Of a DNA stretch of 64,000 nt, positions 9,620-19,340 are shown in pieces. The notes under the pieces are model-generated. The model was not told where the DNA came from. It did no database searches and worked only from the letters and a program-made list of their open reading frames with translations. This stretch comes from Cyclobacteriaceae bacterium. GTDB lineage: Bacteria; Bacteroidota; Bacteroidia; Cytophagales; Cyclobacteriaceae. A program made the translations under genes and the position numbers. Each line of letters opens with the position of its first letter. Position 1 is the stretch's first letter. The DNA lies in NCBI GenBank assembly GCA_046294915.1, contig JBKBOE010000001.1, positions 1,532 to 65,531 of the forward strand. The letters run 5' to 3'.

Positions 9620-11161
9620 ATGGAGAAAGTTCGTGTGCGGTTTGCGCCAAGCCCAACGGGGGCGCTTCATATCGGGGGAGTTCGTACCGCTCTTTATAAT
9701 TATCTGTTTGCCCGACAGCAGGGCGGAACGATGATTTTGCGGATTGAAGATACCGACCAGAACCGCTATGTGCCGGGTGCTGAGGAATATATTATTGAAT
9801 CGTTGAGGTGGGCAGGCATTGGCATTGATGAAGGAGTAGGTGTTGGCGGCCCCTGTGCGCCCTACCGGCAGTCGGAGCGTAAAGCACTGTATAAGAAGTA
9901 TGCTCTTCAACTGGTTGAACGTGGGCATGCCTATTATGCCTTCGATACGGAAGCCGAAGTAGAAGCCATGCGCGAACGGCTGAAAAAAGCCGGAGTTGAC
10001 CACCAACAATACAGCAGCTTTACACGCATGACCATGTGCAACTCGCTTACCTTGTCTGCGGCTGAAGTCGATAAACGTATTCAATCGGGTACACCTTATG
10101 TTATCCGCCTTCGCGTGCCTGAATCGGGTGAAATCCGTTTGCACGATTTAATCCGTGGTGAGGTGGTGGTGCAGTTGAATGACCTTGACGACAAAGTGCT
10201 GATGAAGTCGGATGGTATGCCTACCTATCACCTGGCTAACGTAGTGGATGATTACCTGATGAAAATCTCGCATGTGATTCGCGGGGAGGAGTGGCTGCCC
10301 TCGGCACCGCTGCATGTGTTGTTGTATAAAAGTTTCGGGTGGGAGGCCAGCATGCCCCGCTTTGCACACCTCCCCCTGCTGCTGAAGCCTGACGGAAACG
10401 GCAAACTAAGTAAACGCGATGCCGACCGCATGGGCTTTCCGATATTTCCCTTAAACTGGACCGACCCGGCCACCGGAGAGAAGTCGGTTGGCTTTCGCGA
10501 GGCGGGTTATCTGCCCGAAGCGTTGATTAATTTCCTGGCATTGCTGGGCTGGAATCCCGGCACGGAGCAGGAAATTTTTTCGGTGGAAGAACTCATTAAA
10601 ACTTTTTCCATCGATCGGATAGGCAAAGCGGGTGCGCGCTTCGACATTCAAAAGGCAACGTGGTTCAATGAGCAGTACATCCGGTTAAAACCGAAGGAGG
10701 TACTGGTGGAGTATTTGCAGGAACAACTTGCCCGTGAAGGAATTTCCTGCTCGCCTGAAAAAGCCGAAAAGATTGTATCGGTGATGCGCGACCGGGTTTC
10801 GTTTCCGAAAGATTTTTACGCGTCAGGCCGGTTTTTCTTTCAGGCCCCGGCTACTTTCGATTTAGCGGTGGTGGCAAAAAAATGGAATGCGGAGGCTGCT
10901 AAATTTTTTCAGGCATTGGAAGATGCTTTAAAAGAACTTGACCGTTTTGATGCAGAAAAAGTAAAAGCAACGCTGGAAAGTGTTACCGCCAGCCTGGGAA
11001 TAAAAACCGGGCAGGTAATGCAGATTTTGCGGGTAGCCATTACCGGCAGTGCCTCCGGGCCTGACCTGATGATGACCTTGGAAATCATTGGCCGCGAAGA
11101 AATCATAAATCGCCTGGTTTTTGCACGTACTAGTTTTCAGGTAAGAACGGCCACGTCATGA
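9620..11161 (+). CDS. gltX: glutamate--tRNA ligase
   Basis: 513 aa with RFAPSPTGALHIGGVRTALYNY (HIGH-type) and KLSKR. Confidence 0.97.
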   Translation: MEKVRVRFAPSPTGALHIGGVRTALYNYLFARQQGGTMILRIEDTDQNRYVPGAEEYIIESLRWAGIGIDEGVGVGGPCAPYRQSERKALYKKYALQLVERGHAYYAFDTEAEVEAMRERLKKAGVDHQQYSSFTRMTMCNSLTLSAAEVDKRIQSGTPYVIRLRVPESGEIRLHDLIRGEVVVQLNDLDDKVLMKSDGMPTYHLANVVDDYLMKISHVIRGEEWLPSAPLHVLLYKSFGWEASMPRFAHLPLLLKPDGNGKLSKRDADRMGFPIFPLNWTDPATGEKSVGFREAGYLPEALINFLALLGWNPGTEQEIFSVEELIKTFSIDRIGKAGARFDIQKATWFNEQYIRLKPKEVLVEYLQEQLAREGISCSPEKAEKIVSVMRDRVSFPKDFYASGRFFFQAPATFDLAVVAKKWNAEAAKFFQALEDALKELDRFDAEKVKATLESVTASLGIKTGQVMQILRVAITGSASGPDLMMTLEIIGREEIINRLVFARTSFQVRTATS

Positions 11162-11391
11162 GCAAAAAATCAACACCTCCTAAAAAACGAGTTTCCAAGA
11201 AGCCACGGGTACATAAAGACCTGGAAGGATTTGAAGTTTCGATTGATCAGTTTGGAGAACTGAAGTCCAACATGGACATCGAAAAGCTTAATGCCTTTCT
11301 GGATAAAAATGTGGAAGACAAGAAGCTTGCGGAGCGCGATGACTATGAAGAATTGAAAAAAGGTAAGAAGAACAAGAAAAAGAAATCCTGA
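11158..11391 (+). CDS. small lysine-rich hypothetical protein
   Basis: 77 aa ORF whose ATG overlaps the gltX stop (ATGA). Both termini are Lys-rich and the core is acidic. Confidence 0.45.
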   Translation: MSKKSTPPKKRVSKKPRVHKDLEGFEVSIDQFGELKSNMDIEKLNAFLDKNVEDKKLAERDDYEELKKGKKNKKKKS

Positions 11392-11403
11392 CCGCCTGAA
11401 ACT

Positions 11404-11979
11404 TCAGAAATTCAGTTTTGGAAAAACTGCCGGTACGCGCTTTCGATAATGCTTATAGACTTCGCCATGTAGTGCAATAAGTTTTTTCTCTTCCAGATAA
11501 ATGCCGATGGGCAAGTAACTGAAAATGCACAGAGCAGAAACCACCACCGTTGATTTTGGCGACAAGGCAATATAACCCAGAACCGCGAGGATAGTGCCTG
11601 CATAAATCGGGTGGCGGATATGCTTCAGCAAACCGGTGGTTTGCAGGGCATCGTGTTCATCGGTTCGCAAACCGATGAAACCGGTAAAGCTGTATTGTCG
11701 AAATGATTGAATGATAAGGAGAACACCAGTTAACAGCAAAATGATTCCGGTAACCTGTACGGCAGGTGATGACGCAAAAACAAAACGGGCCGGAATACGG
11801 CTAATCAACCACCCGAGGCCCGCCAGTCCGAGGGTAGATACAGCAACATAAATAAGCCGGTAAACCCGGGTTAATGGTGGCCAATGTTTCTGTAAAGAAT
11901 GCTTGATCCGGCTGGAAGCTAAATAACTGTGCAGAAAAAAATAAACCACCCACGCCCCGGCAAGGTAAATGTGATCCAT
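11404..11979 (-). CDS. membrane methyltransferase family protein (ICMT/PEMT-like)
   Basis: Polytopic protein with GLLKHIRHPIYAG, the RHPxY motif of the isoprenylcysteine/phospholipid methyltransferase family. The start was moved to MDHIYL to remove the overlap with the divergent gene. Confidence 0.65.
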   Translation of the reverse strand: MDHIYLAGAWVVYFFLHSYLASSRIKHSLQKHWPPLTRVYRLIYVAVSTLGLAGLGWLISRIPARFVFASSPAVQVTGIILLLTGVLLIIQSFRQYSFTGFIGLRTDEHDALQTTGLLKHIRHPIYAGTILAVLGYIALSPKSTVVVSALCIFSYLPIGIYLEEKKLIALHGEVYKHYRKRVPAVFPKLNF

Positions 11980-12028
11980 CCTGTGAAGGTAATACAAAGC
12001 TTCGTTACCTTTAAAGCGAAAAGTACGT

Positions 12029-13240
12029 ATGAAGACAATCCGGTTAGCATTAATCCGTGAAGGCAAAACCCCGCCCGACAAACGTGTGCCGTTTACACCC
12101 TTTCAGGCCGAAGAAATTGAACAGCGGTTTCCGCATGTAAAGGTGGTTGTGGAAGAGAGCCCGATCCGTTGTTTTCAGGACCGGGAATACCGCGCGCTGG
12201 ATGTGGAGGTTGCCCCCGATGTTGCCGATTGCGATATTTTAATGGGAATAAAAGAAGTGCCAATTAACAGGCTCATCCCCAACAAAACGTATCTGTTCTT
12301 TTCACACACCATCAAAAAGCAACCGTATAACCGCAAGTTGCTGCAGGAAATTCTGAAGAAAAACATACGCCTGATTGATTATGAAGTTTTGAAGGACAAA
12401 CTGGGCAACCGGCTTGTTGCTTTTGGCCGGTTTGCCGGCCTGGTTGGAGCCTACAACGGGTTGTGGACGTACGGCAAACGCTATAAAAAATTTGACCTGA
12501 AGCGGGCACACCAGTGTTTTGATGTGAACGACCTGAAGCTGGAGCTCAGGAAAATGAAACTTCCTCCTATTAAGATTGTACTTACCGGTGCGGGCCGGGT
12601 TGGCAAAGGCGCCATGGAAACATTAGACACAGCCGGTATTCGTAAAGTAAGCCCTGCCGATTTTTTGAGTAAAACATTTGATGAACCGGTATATGTACAA
12701 CTGAGCAGTGCGGATTATCACGTTCGGAAAGAAGGCGGACATTTTAACCGCGATGAATTTCATCGGGAGCCGGAGCGCTACACCTCTACCTTTTTGCAGT
12801 TTACCAGGGTGGCCGATGTGCTGCTGGCCGGAGCATACTGGAATCCGAAGGCACCTGTATTGTTTACCCGCCAGGATATGCTTGCGCCCGATTTTAAGAT
12901 TAAGGTAATAGCTGACATTACCTGCGATATTGAAGGGTCTATACCCTCCACCCTGCGCGCCAGCACCATTGATGAACCGCTCTACGATTATCATCCGGCA
13001 AGCGGAAAGGAGATGCCACCGTTGAGCAGCGAAGACCACGTTACCGTGATGGCTGTGGATAACCTGCCCTGTGAATTGCCACGAAACGCATCAGAAGAGT
13101 TTGGCCGCGACCTGCTCGATAAAATCCTGCAGCCGCTGCTGGTAAAGGATGAAGAGGGTATTATAGCGCGAGCCACCATAACGAATAATGGCTTATTAAC
13201 GTCATCATTTCAATATCTTCAGGATTATGTTGAAGGATAA
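12029..13240 (+). CDS. lysine-ketoglutarate reductase-like (saccharopine dehydrogenase, L-lysine-forming type; AlaDH/PNT fold) oxidoreductase
   Basis: 403 aa. FFSHTIKKQPYNRKLLQEILKKNIRLIDYE...VAFGRFAGLVG closely resembles the LKR domain of eukaryotic AASS. Confidence 0.75.
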   Translation: MKTIRLALIREGKTPPDKRVPFTPFQAEEIEQRFPHVKVVVEESPIRCFQDREYRALDVEVAPDVADCDILMGIKEVPINRLIPNKTYLFFSHTIKKQPYNRKLLQEILKKNIRLIDYEVLKDKLGNRLVAFGRFAGLVGAYNGLWTYGKRYKKFDLKRAHQCFDVNDLKLELRKMKLPPIKIVLTGAGRVGKGAMETLDTAGIRKVSPADFLSKTFDEPVYVQLSSADYHVRKEGGHFNRDEFHREPERYTSTFLQFTRVADVLLAGAYWNPKAPVLFTRQDMLAPDFKIKVIADITCDIEGSIPSTLRASTIDEPLYDYHPASGKEMPPLSSEDHVTVMAVDNLPCELPRNASEEFGRDLLDKILQPLLVKDEEGIIARATITNNGLLTSSFQYLQDYVEG

Positions 13241-13257
13241 TTGCTAACCAGGAAGTT

Positions 13258-13860
13258 ATGCGAATTATTGTTGTTGGTGCAACCGGAACCATTGGAACGT
13301 ACGTGGCTGCTGAACTGGAGAAAAGACATGAAGTAATCCGCGCAAGCGCCAATAAAGGTCCGCTTAAGGTGAACATCACCTCAGCATCTTCCATCCGCAC
13401 CATGTTTAAGTTTGTGGGCAAGTTCGATGCGGTAGTCTGCACGGCCGGTACCGCATATTTCGGGCCGTTTCATGCCATGAAAGAAAAAGATCTTTATACC
13501 GGTATTAAAAGTAAAATGATGGGCCAGGTAAATCTGGTGATGTTGGGCAAGAACAAAATCAGTGAGGGCGGTTCATTTACACTGACTACAGGAATTTTAT
13601 ACCGTGATCCGGTAAAGGGCGGCACTGCTTTAAGCATGGTGAATAACGCAATTCACGGCTTTGTATTGGGTGCTGCCATTGAACTCAAGCGGAGTGTGCG
13701 CATTAATGCGGTGGCTCCGGGTTTGGCTGAAGCCTCTGCTGCCCAACTTGCTTCCTTCTTTCCCGGCCATGTGCCGGTGCCTATGGGGAGGATAGTTCAG
13801 GGATATATAAAAAGTGTTGAAGGTTTTGACACCGGTAAAGTGATTGACGTAGTATCATAA
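13258..13860 (+). CDS. short-chain dehydrogenase/reductase (SDR)
   Basis: 200 aa with an N-terminal MRIIVVGATGTIG Rossmann motif. Confidence 0.8.
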   Translation: MRIIVVGATGTIGTYVAAELEKRHEVIRASANKGPLKVNITSASSIRTMFKFVGKFDAVVCTAGTAYFGPFHAMKEKDLYTGIKSKMMGQVNLVMLGKNKISEGGSFTLTTGILYRDPVKGGTALSMVNNAIHGFVLGAAIELKRSVRINAVAPGLAEASAAQLASFFPGHVPVPMGRIVQGYIKSVEGFDTGKVIDVVS

Positions 13861-13875
13861 CCGTATTGGAAATCT

Positions 13876-14418
13876 ATGGAAAGAAAAATCTACAACCCCG
13901 TTCAAAAGGATTATGTAACCTTTCTGGAAACTGCTGCAGAGACCAACGGTGCACGAACGCTTGTAGAAGTTGAGCTGGCCCCCAAAGGCGGTGTTGGCAT
14001 TCATTACCACAAAACCTACGCAGAGAAGTTTAATTGTTTGGAAGGCGAACTAAAAGTGCAACTTGGAAAAACCGTACATACCCTGTTGGCCGGACAATCG
14101 GCTACTGCCCTTCCGAACAATAATCACCGGTTTTTCAATACTTCGGATCAACCCTGTACGTTTCGGGTTGAACTTACACCAGCCAGTCGCGGGTTTGAGC
14201 AATCACTGCAGATAGGATATGGCCTGGCACGCGATGGCGAAGTACGCAGCAACGGGTTTCCCAAAAATCCGCTGGCATTGGCCTGGCTTTTTGAGATCAG
14301 CGAAAGCAACCTGCCCGGTTGGCGAAGTATTTTTGAGTTCATCCTGCGCAGGCAGGCAAAAAAGGCAAGGGCAATTGGTTTAGATAAACAACTCGTTGAG
14401 AGGTATGTGAGGTTTTAG
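13876..14418 (+). CDS. cupin domain protein
   Basis: 180 aa with GGVGIHYHKTYAEKF...LPNNNHRFFN, a cupin motif pair. Confidence 0.65.
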   Translation: MERKIYNPVQKDYVTFLETAAETNGARTLVEVELAPKGGVGIHYHKTYAEKFNCLEGELKVQLGKTVHTLLAGQSATALPNNNHRFFNTSDQPCTFRVELTPASRGFEQSLQIGYGLARDGEVRSNGFPKNPLALAWLFEISESNLPGWRSIFEFILRRQAKKARAIGLDKQLVERYVRF

Positions 14419-14441
14419 CGGACGCACAGGCCTACTATACT

Positions 14442-15497
14442 TTAGGTATTTAATCGCTCAACAATCCGGTTAGCGACTGTTTCAATTGAAATTCCGGTTA
14501 AGCAGGCAAAATCGCCACGATGGCATTTTTCTTTTCCGTAAACCGAACAAGGTCTGCAAGGCAATTCTTCCCGGTTGATCTGCAGGATGCTTTCAGCGCC
14601 CCGGCCAAATGGTCCAAACCCTACGTCCGGATGCGTGCCTCCCCAGATGGAAACCAGGGGTGTTCCTGCAAGTGCAGCCAGGTGCATGTTGGAGGAATCG
14701 GTGCACACCATCAGATCCAGTTGCTGAAGCAAAGCAATTTCCTGTTGCATTTTCAGTTGACCGGCAACCATCACACAGTTTTTCGGAAAGAGTTCCTGCA
14801 GATCGTGAAAGTATTTGATTTCCGGGTCGCCACCTCCGAATAGAAACAGCGTAGGGTTTATTTTGCGGATGAGTTCCTGAATAAGTGCCGGGTAATTGGC
14901 CAATGGCCATATTTTTGATTTGTGCAGTGCAAATGGAGCAATACCCAGCCATGCCCCTTTTTTCTCAGGTACAATTTTATCCAGCCATTTTTGAAGATGG
15001 TTTTTGGATGTTTCGTTGGCAAACAAGTAAGGCCCTGATAGGATCGGAAAGGAAAAGCCAGCTTTTTCAAAGGCCTGCTGATAACGCTCAATCGTATGAG
15101 GCAGAGGTGTTGTTATTTTATTCTCTTTGCGGGTAAAAGCCTTTTTTTCTTTCCGGCCTTTATTAAACACCACCACCTTTTTGCCAAACAGCACAAATAA
15201 GTTGCGTAAAATCATGGTGCGGAGGTGATCGTGCATATCGATTATGACATCGAAATCCTCTTTAACCAACAGCGCAAAGAATAATTTGCGAACACCAAAA
15301 AAACCGGTAAAGCGGGTATCAACATCAGCTTCAAAAACAGAGACACGCTCAATACCGGAGAAGAATACAGCAAACCGGGGGCGCGTGGCTACCACCACCT
15401 CTACATCAGGGTGTGCCGCTACCAGCGAGCGAAGCACCGGCACCAGCAACAGTACATCGCCCATAGCGGAAAAACGAAGAAGCAGGATTTTGGTCAT
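14442..15497 (-). CDS. glycosyltransferase family 9 (heptosyltransferase-like)
   Basis: 351 aa with MTKILLLRFSAMGDVLL and a C-terminal DSSNMHLAALAGTPLVSIWG. Confidence 0.85.
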   Translation of the reverse strand: MTKILLLRFSAMGDVLLLVPVLRSLVAAHPDVEVVVATRPRFAVFFSGIERVSVFEADVDTRFTGFFGVRKLFFALLVKEDFDVIIDMHDHLRTMILRNLFVLFGKKVVVFNKGRKEKKAFTRKENKITTPLPHTIERYQQAFEKAGFSFPILSGPYLFANETSKNHLQKWLDKIVPEKKGAWLGIAPFALHKSKIWPLANYPALIQELIRKINPTLFLFGGGDPEIKYFHDLQELFPKNCVMVAGQLKMQQEIALLQQLDLMVCTDSSNMHLAALAGTPLVSIWGGTHPDVGFGPFGRGAESILQINREELPCRPCSVYGKEKCHRGDFACLTGISIETVANRIVERLNT

Positions 15498-16117
15498 TTT
15501 TTACCGTACAGCATCGGATTAAGTGATGCATCGTTGTACATTTTCATCTGCCGATAAACTTTCATTTTGCGGTCGCCATTACGGATATCTTCGATCAGTT
15601 GATCAAAAGCCAAATGCATGTCCGTTTTCTGCTCTAACAGAATGTCCAACTTAGCCTGACAGCGGGCAATATGATCTGCCGGAGCATCGGTGCGTTGGGT
15701 TTGTTCCTTCATGTGATAAATCTTCAGCATGAGGATGCTCATCCGATCTAACAACCAGGCGGGTGTTTCTGAATTAATTTTAGCTGTTGGTTTGTACGCA
15801 ACGCTTTTAAACTGCTCTAGAAAATAATCGTCCAGACGTTCAACGGTATCGGTTCTGTCCTGGTTGGATTTATCAATGCGCCTTTTAATCTGAAGCGCTT
15901 CTGCGGGGTCAATGTCAGGAAGCCGGATGATATCTTCCAGATGCCATTGTACAGTATCTATCCAGTTTTTAAGGTAGAGCAGAAATTCAAAGGAGCCTGT
16001 TGTAAACGGATTACGAATCGGAGCATCCACATTATCGGTCTGGTGATAATCGTCAATGCTCTGTTGAAAGATGGCGTAGCAATCGGAAGCCTGAAGCATA
16101 TCATGAAGGTTGCCCAA
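15494..16117 (-). CDS. DUF4254-like protein
   Basis: 207 aa with a 4-nt overlap onto the downstream GT9 gene. The GT9 pairing is a known Bacteroidota arrangement, recalled from memory. Confidence 0.55.
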   Translation of the reverse strand: MGNLHDMLQASDCYAIFQQSIDDYHQTDNVDAPIRNPFTTGSFEFLLYLKNWIDTVQWHLEDIIRLPDIDPAEALQIKRRIDKSNQDRTDTVERLDDYFLEQFKSVAYKPTAKINSETPAWLLDRMSILMLKIYHMKEQTQRTDAPADHIARCQAKLDILLEQKTDMHLAFDQLIEDIRNGDRKMKVYRQMKMYNDASLNPMLYGKK

Positions 16118-16164
16118 ATTTAACTATTTTAAACGACCCTTAGTTAAATCAATTAAAAGCCAAC

Positions 16165-16740
16165 ATGTCGTCACACCACGTTGTAAAGGAAGACCAGGAG
16201 CCGGCATTAATTCTTGTTGATCAGTTGGCGACACAACCGGAAACCATCCGGCAGCTGTTGGAGTGGAACCCTACCGTAATGGTGCTGGAGCGTGCGCTGG
16301 ATGATGTTTTGATGTGGGGAGTAAAGTTTGATATTTTGATTTGTGCACACAACAAAGCAAAGGAATATGCCGTGCAGTTAACCGATTTTGCACCCGTAAA
16401 AATTCTTACCTGCCAGCCGGATGAAGAACCCGTTACCCTGGCTATGTTATTCCTGCAGGCAGGGAAGTACACGGCAGTTAACTTGATTGGCGTTGCCCCT
16501 GAAAAAATCGTAGCCTACGATCAGAATCTGGATATCGTAACCTTTTATTCAGGCATACGATGGGCTCTTATCCGAACAGGAAAATTTGAGAAATGGATGA
16601 AGCGGGATGAGCAGCTTCAAATTCGTGCACAGGGCGCACTGCAAAGAGAAGGTGTGGATGATGATGGTTTTGTTACAGAACAAGGCATGGTGCGCATCAT
16701 CAGCGATTGTCCGTTTTGGCTCGGTGAGCGTTATGCCTGA
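16165..16740 (+). CDS. hypothetical protein
   Basis: 191 aa ORF with coding-like composition and no motif I can assign. Any resemblance to thiamine pyrophosphokinase architecture is weak. Confidence 0.5.
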   Translation: MSSHHVVKEDQEPALILVDQLATQPETIRQLLEWNPTVMVLERALDDVLMWGVKFDILICAHNKAKEYAVQLTDFAPVKILTCQPDEEPVTLAMLFLQAGKYTAVNLIGVAPEKIVAYDQNLDIVTFYSGIRWALIRTGKFEKWMKRDEQLQIRAQGALQREGVDDDGFVTEQGMVRIISDCPFWLGERYA

Positions 16741-17411
16741 TGGAGGATAGACGCGAGCATTTCGAGATTAACCTGCTCAATCGGGTGACGTGTTTTCTCC
16801 AGCAGCATAAATTTTCCAAGGGGTAACCACGCGGCCACTTGTTCCGAATAGGCTCTGTCGGCCATGTCGTCTTCATCACCCAGGCAAATGGTAACCGGTT
16901 GCTTAATAGTTTGGAAATGTTCTGCGCTGAGCAATGGCTGGTTACCGAGATTCACCATCATTGAGGAAGTCTTTCTAAGCAGCGTTATCCAGTCAGTCGG
17001 GGCGTGGCGATGTTCCAGGATGCGCGCAAAGGCGGGCACTTTTTCCAAAATTTTTTCAACATTCAGTTTACGGGTTTCCTTTTCTGCCGATTGGGGTGAC
17101 CAGTCGAACTTGGTGCCCAGGGTAATAACACGACCAACAAATTCCGGTGCGCAACAGGCCAGCCACAAGGCTACATAGCCACCCATGCTGTATCCAAAAA
17201 GGTCAACCTGTTTCAAGTGCTGTTTTTCTAAAAATTGTAAAACATCATCAGCAAAAGTTTCAATACCAAACGATTCCCGGAAAGGTTCACCGCCATGACC
17301 GGAAAAATTCAGGGAATAAACGGCCAAACCTTTCTGGCGTAGTTTTTCACATAACGGTTCAAGTTGTTTTTTTGAGCCGAGTGCCCCGTGCAGTACCACC
17401 AGCGGATTCAT
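16731..17411 (-). CDS. alpha/beta hydrolase
   Basis: 226 aa with the GYSMGG nucleophile elbow and a C-terminal His region. Confidence 0.8.
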   Translation of the reverse strand: MNPLVVLHGALGSKKQLEPLCEKLRQKGLAVYSLNFSGHGGEPFRESFGIETFADDVLQFLEKQHLKQVDLFGYSMGGYVALWLACCAPEFVGRVITLGTKFDWSPQSAEKETRKLNVEKILEKVPAFARILEHRHAPTDWITLLRKTSSMMVNLGNQPLLSAEHFQTIKQPVTICLGDEDDMADRAYSEQVAAWLPLGKFMLLEKTRHPIEQVNLEMLASILHQA

Positions 17412-18259
17412 AAATGGGGTTTAATGGCTGCTACTATCCGGTCTTTACCGGAAATATCTTTCTGAATGGAAACACCGGTATAACCTTCCTGTATAAAAAT
17501 TCCGGCTGTTTCGTTGCCAAAACGTTCATTGATTTCAACCAGCACCATCCCCCCTGGTTTTAATGCCTGCTTGCCTTTCGATGCAATGGCTTTGTAAAAA
17601 ATCAGAGGATTGCCCGGTGCAAACAACGCTTCATGGGGCTCGAATTTTACCACGTTCGGTTGGAGGCTTTCTTTTTCGCCCAGATCAACATAAGGCGGAT
17701 TGCTGATGATCAGATGAAGATTTTTGAAAGGGATTTCAGTGGTCAGGATATCGTGATGGATGAAAGAAACAGTGGCTTTTAAACGACTGGCATTTTCATG
17801 CGCCACCAGCATGGCGCGATTACTCACATCGGTACCGTAAATTGTGGATCCTGGCAACTCAAGGTTTAACGTTATGGCTATGCATCCGCTGCCGGTACCA
17901 ATATCAAGGATGTGGGGATGATTAAACGGCCCAAGTTCATGTAGGGCGTAGTGAACCAGTTCCTCTGTTTCAGGACGGGGAATGAGTACGGACGGATTAA
18001 CGTAAAAGGTTCTTCCGTAAAATTCGGTTTCTCCCAGAATATATTGAATGGGTTCACAGTTATTCATCCGGCTTATGCCTTCGGTTAAACGCGTTTGAAG
18101 TTCGGGGGTAAGGTTAACCGGGGTGCCAACCAGTATTTTCATTTTAGGCAGGCACAGCTCATGTTGCATTAGCATCAGCACCTTTTCCCTGATCTCAGAC
18201 ACCGGCTCGTTCAAATCAATTTTGAGCATCAGTTCCACAAATAGCTTCCGGGAGTTCAC
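17408..18259 (-). CDS. prmC: peptide chain release factor N5-glutamine methyltransferase
   Basis: 283 aa with the DIGTGSGCIA SAM motif and the NPPY catalytic motif. Confidence 0.9.
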   Translation of the reverse strand: MNSRKLFVELMLKIDLNEPVSEIREKVLMLMQHELCLPKMKILVGTPVNLTPELQTRLTEGISRMNNCEPIQYILGETEFYGRTFYVNPSVLIPRPETEELVHYALHELGPFNHPHILDIGTGSGCIAITLNLELPGSTIYGTDVSNRAMLVAHENASRLKATVSFIHHDILTTEIPFKNLHLIISNPPYVDLGEKESLQPNVVKFEPHEALFAPGNPLIFYKAIASKGKQALKPGGMVLVEINERFGNETAGIFIQEGYTGVSIQKDISGKDRIVAAIKPHL

Positions 18260-18287
18260 GCTTTTATCAATCTTTGCAAAGGTAGGT

Positions 18288-19340
18288 ATGAACCGGCACG
18301 ATCACCATCTGGATGAGCAGTTTATGAGGCGCGCACAGGAGTTGGCGCTTATGGGAATAGGCCATGTGAGCCCTAACCCGCTTGTAGGTTGCCTGGTAGT
18401 ACATAATAAGCGCATCCTTGGTGAAGGATGGCACAAGCGATTTGGAGAAGCGCATGCCGAGGTAAATGCGCTGAACGCGGTAGCCGGTAGATCGCTTTTA
18501 AAGGAAAGCACAGTGTATGTAAACCTTGAGCCATGCGCTCACTTTGGCAAAACACCCCCGTGCGCTGATCTGCTGATAAAACATAATGTAAGAAGAGTAG
18601 TCATCAGTAACGTTGATCCCAACCCGCTGGTAGATGGTGGCGGAATTCGAAAACTCAGAGAAGCCGGCATTGAAGTGGTGAGCGGTATCCTTGAACAGGA
18701 GGGACGGGTATTGAATAAACGGTTCTTTACGGCAATGGAAAAGCATCGTCCTTATCTTATACTTAAATGGGCGCAAACGGCTGATGGGTTTATCGCCAAA
18801 GAAAACTACAGCTCAAAGTGGATCAGCAATGAGCATTCACGTAAACTGGTACATAAGTGGCGCAGCGAAGAGGATGCCGTGCTGGTGGGCACTAAAACGG
18901 TTTTTCATGATAACCCGAAGCTCAATGTGCGGGAATGGTCAGGAAGAAACCCAACGCGTATTGTTATTGACCGGTTTTTAAAACTCAGCACCAAACTGCA
19001 GGTTTTTGATCGATTACAACCAACGCTGGTTTATAATGTATTAAAGCATGAGGAACACGATAATTTAGTTCTCGTGCGCATTGATGAACAGAATTTTTTG
19101 AATGACCTGGTTGCGGATTTGAACAAGAGAAATATTCAATCGGTACTGGTAGAGGGAGGCGCCCACACTCTGCAGTATTTTATTGATGCGGGTTTGTGGG
19201 ATGAAGCCCGTGTGTTTATATCCGGCCATACCTTTGGCAGGGGAATTCGTTCGCCACAGTTTCATGGCAAGTTAATTTCGTGTGAACCCGTACTATCCGA
19301 TACCCTCACAATCTATAAACCGGTTCATGGAAAAAGTTAA
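18288..19340 (+). CDS. ribD: bifunctional diaminohydroxyphosphoribosylaminopyrimidine deaminase / 5-amino-6-(5-phosphoribosylamino)uracil reductase
   Basis: HAEVNAL and EPCAHFGKTPPCADLL form the deaminase zinc site, followed by a C-terminal reductase domain. The start was set at the ATG at 18288 because the upstream ORF part overlaps prmC. Confidence 0.95.
   Translation: MNRHDHHLDEQFMRRAQELALMGIGHVSPNPLVGCLVVHNKRILGEGWHKRFGEAHAEVNALNAVAGRSLLKESTVYVNLEPCAHFGKTPPCADLLIKHNVRRVVISNVDPNPLVDGGGIRKLREAGIEVVSGILEQEGRVLNKRFFTAMEKHRPYLILKWAQTADGFIAKENYSSKWISNEHSRKLVHKWRSEEDAVLVGTKTVFHDNPKLNVREWSGRNPTRIVIDRFLKLSTKLQVFDRLQPTLVYNVLKHEEHDNLVLVRIDEQNFLNDLVADLNKRNIQSVLVEGGAHTLQYFIDAGLWDEARVFISGHTFGRGIRSPQFHGKLISCEPVLSDTLTIYKPVHGKS

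Noticed and set aside
9587-10144. 185-aa minus-strand ORF.
   Set aside because: It lies entirely antisense to gltX, whose frame carries unambiguous class I synthetase motifs.
18123-18287. N-terminal extensions offered by the ORF track, for example ribD from 18123, the sigma gene from 52966, tdk from 36839 and frr from 43298.
   Set aside because: The extensions overlap neighbouring genes or a terminator and add non-homologous residues. Internal Met starts restore the canonical N-termini.
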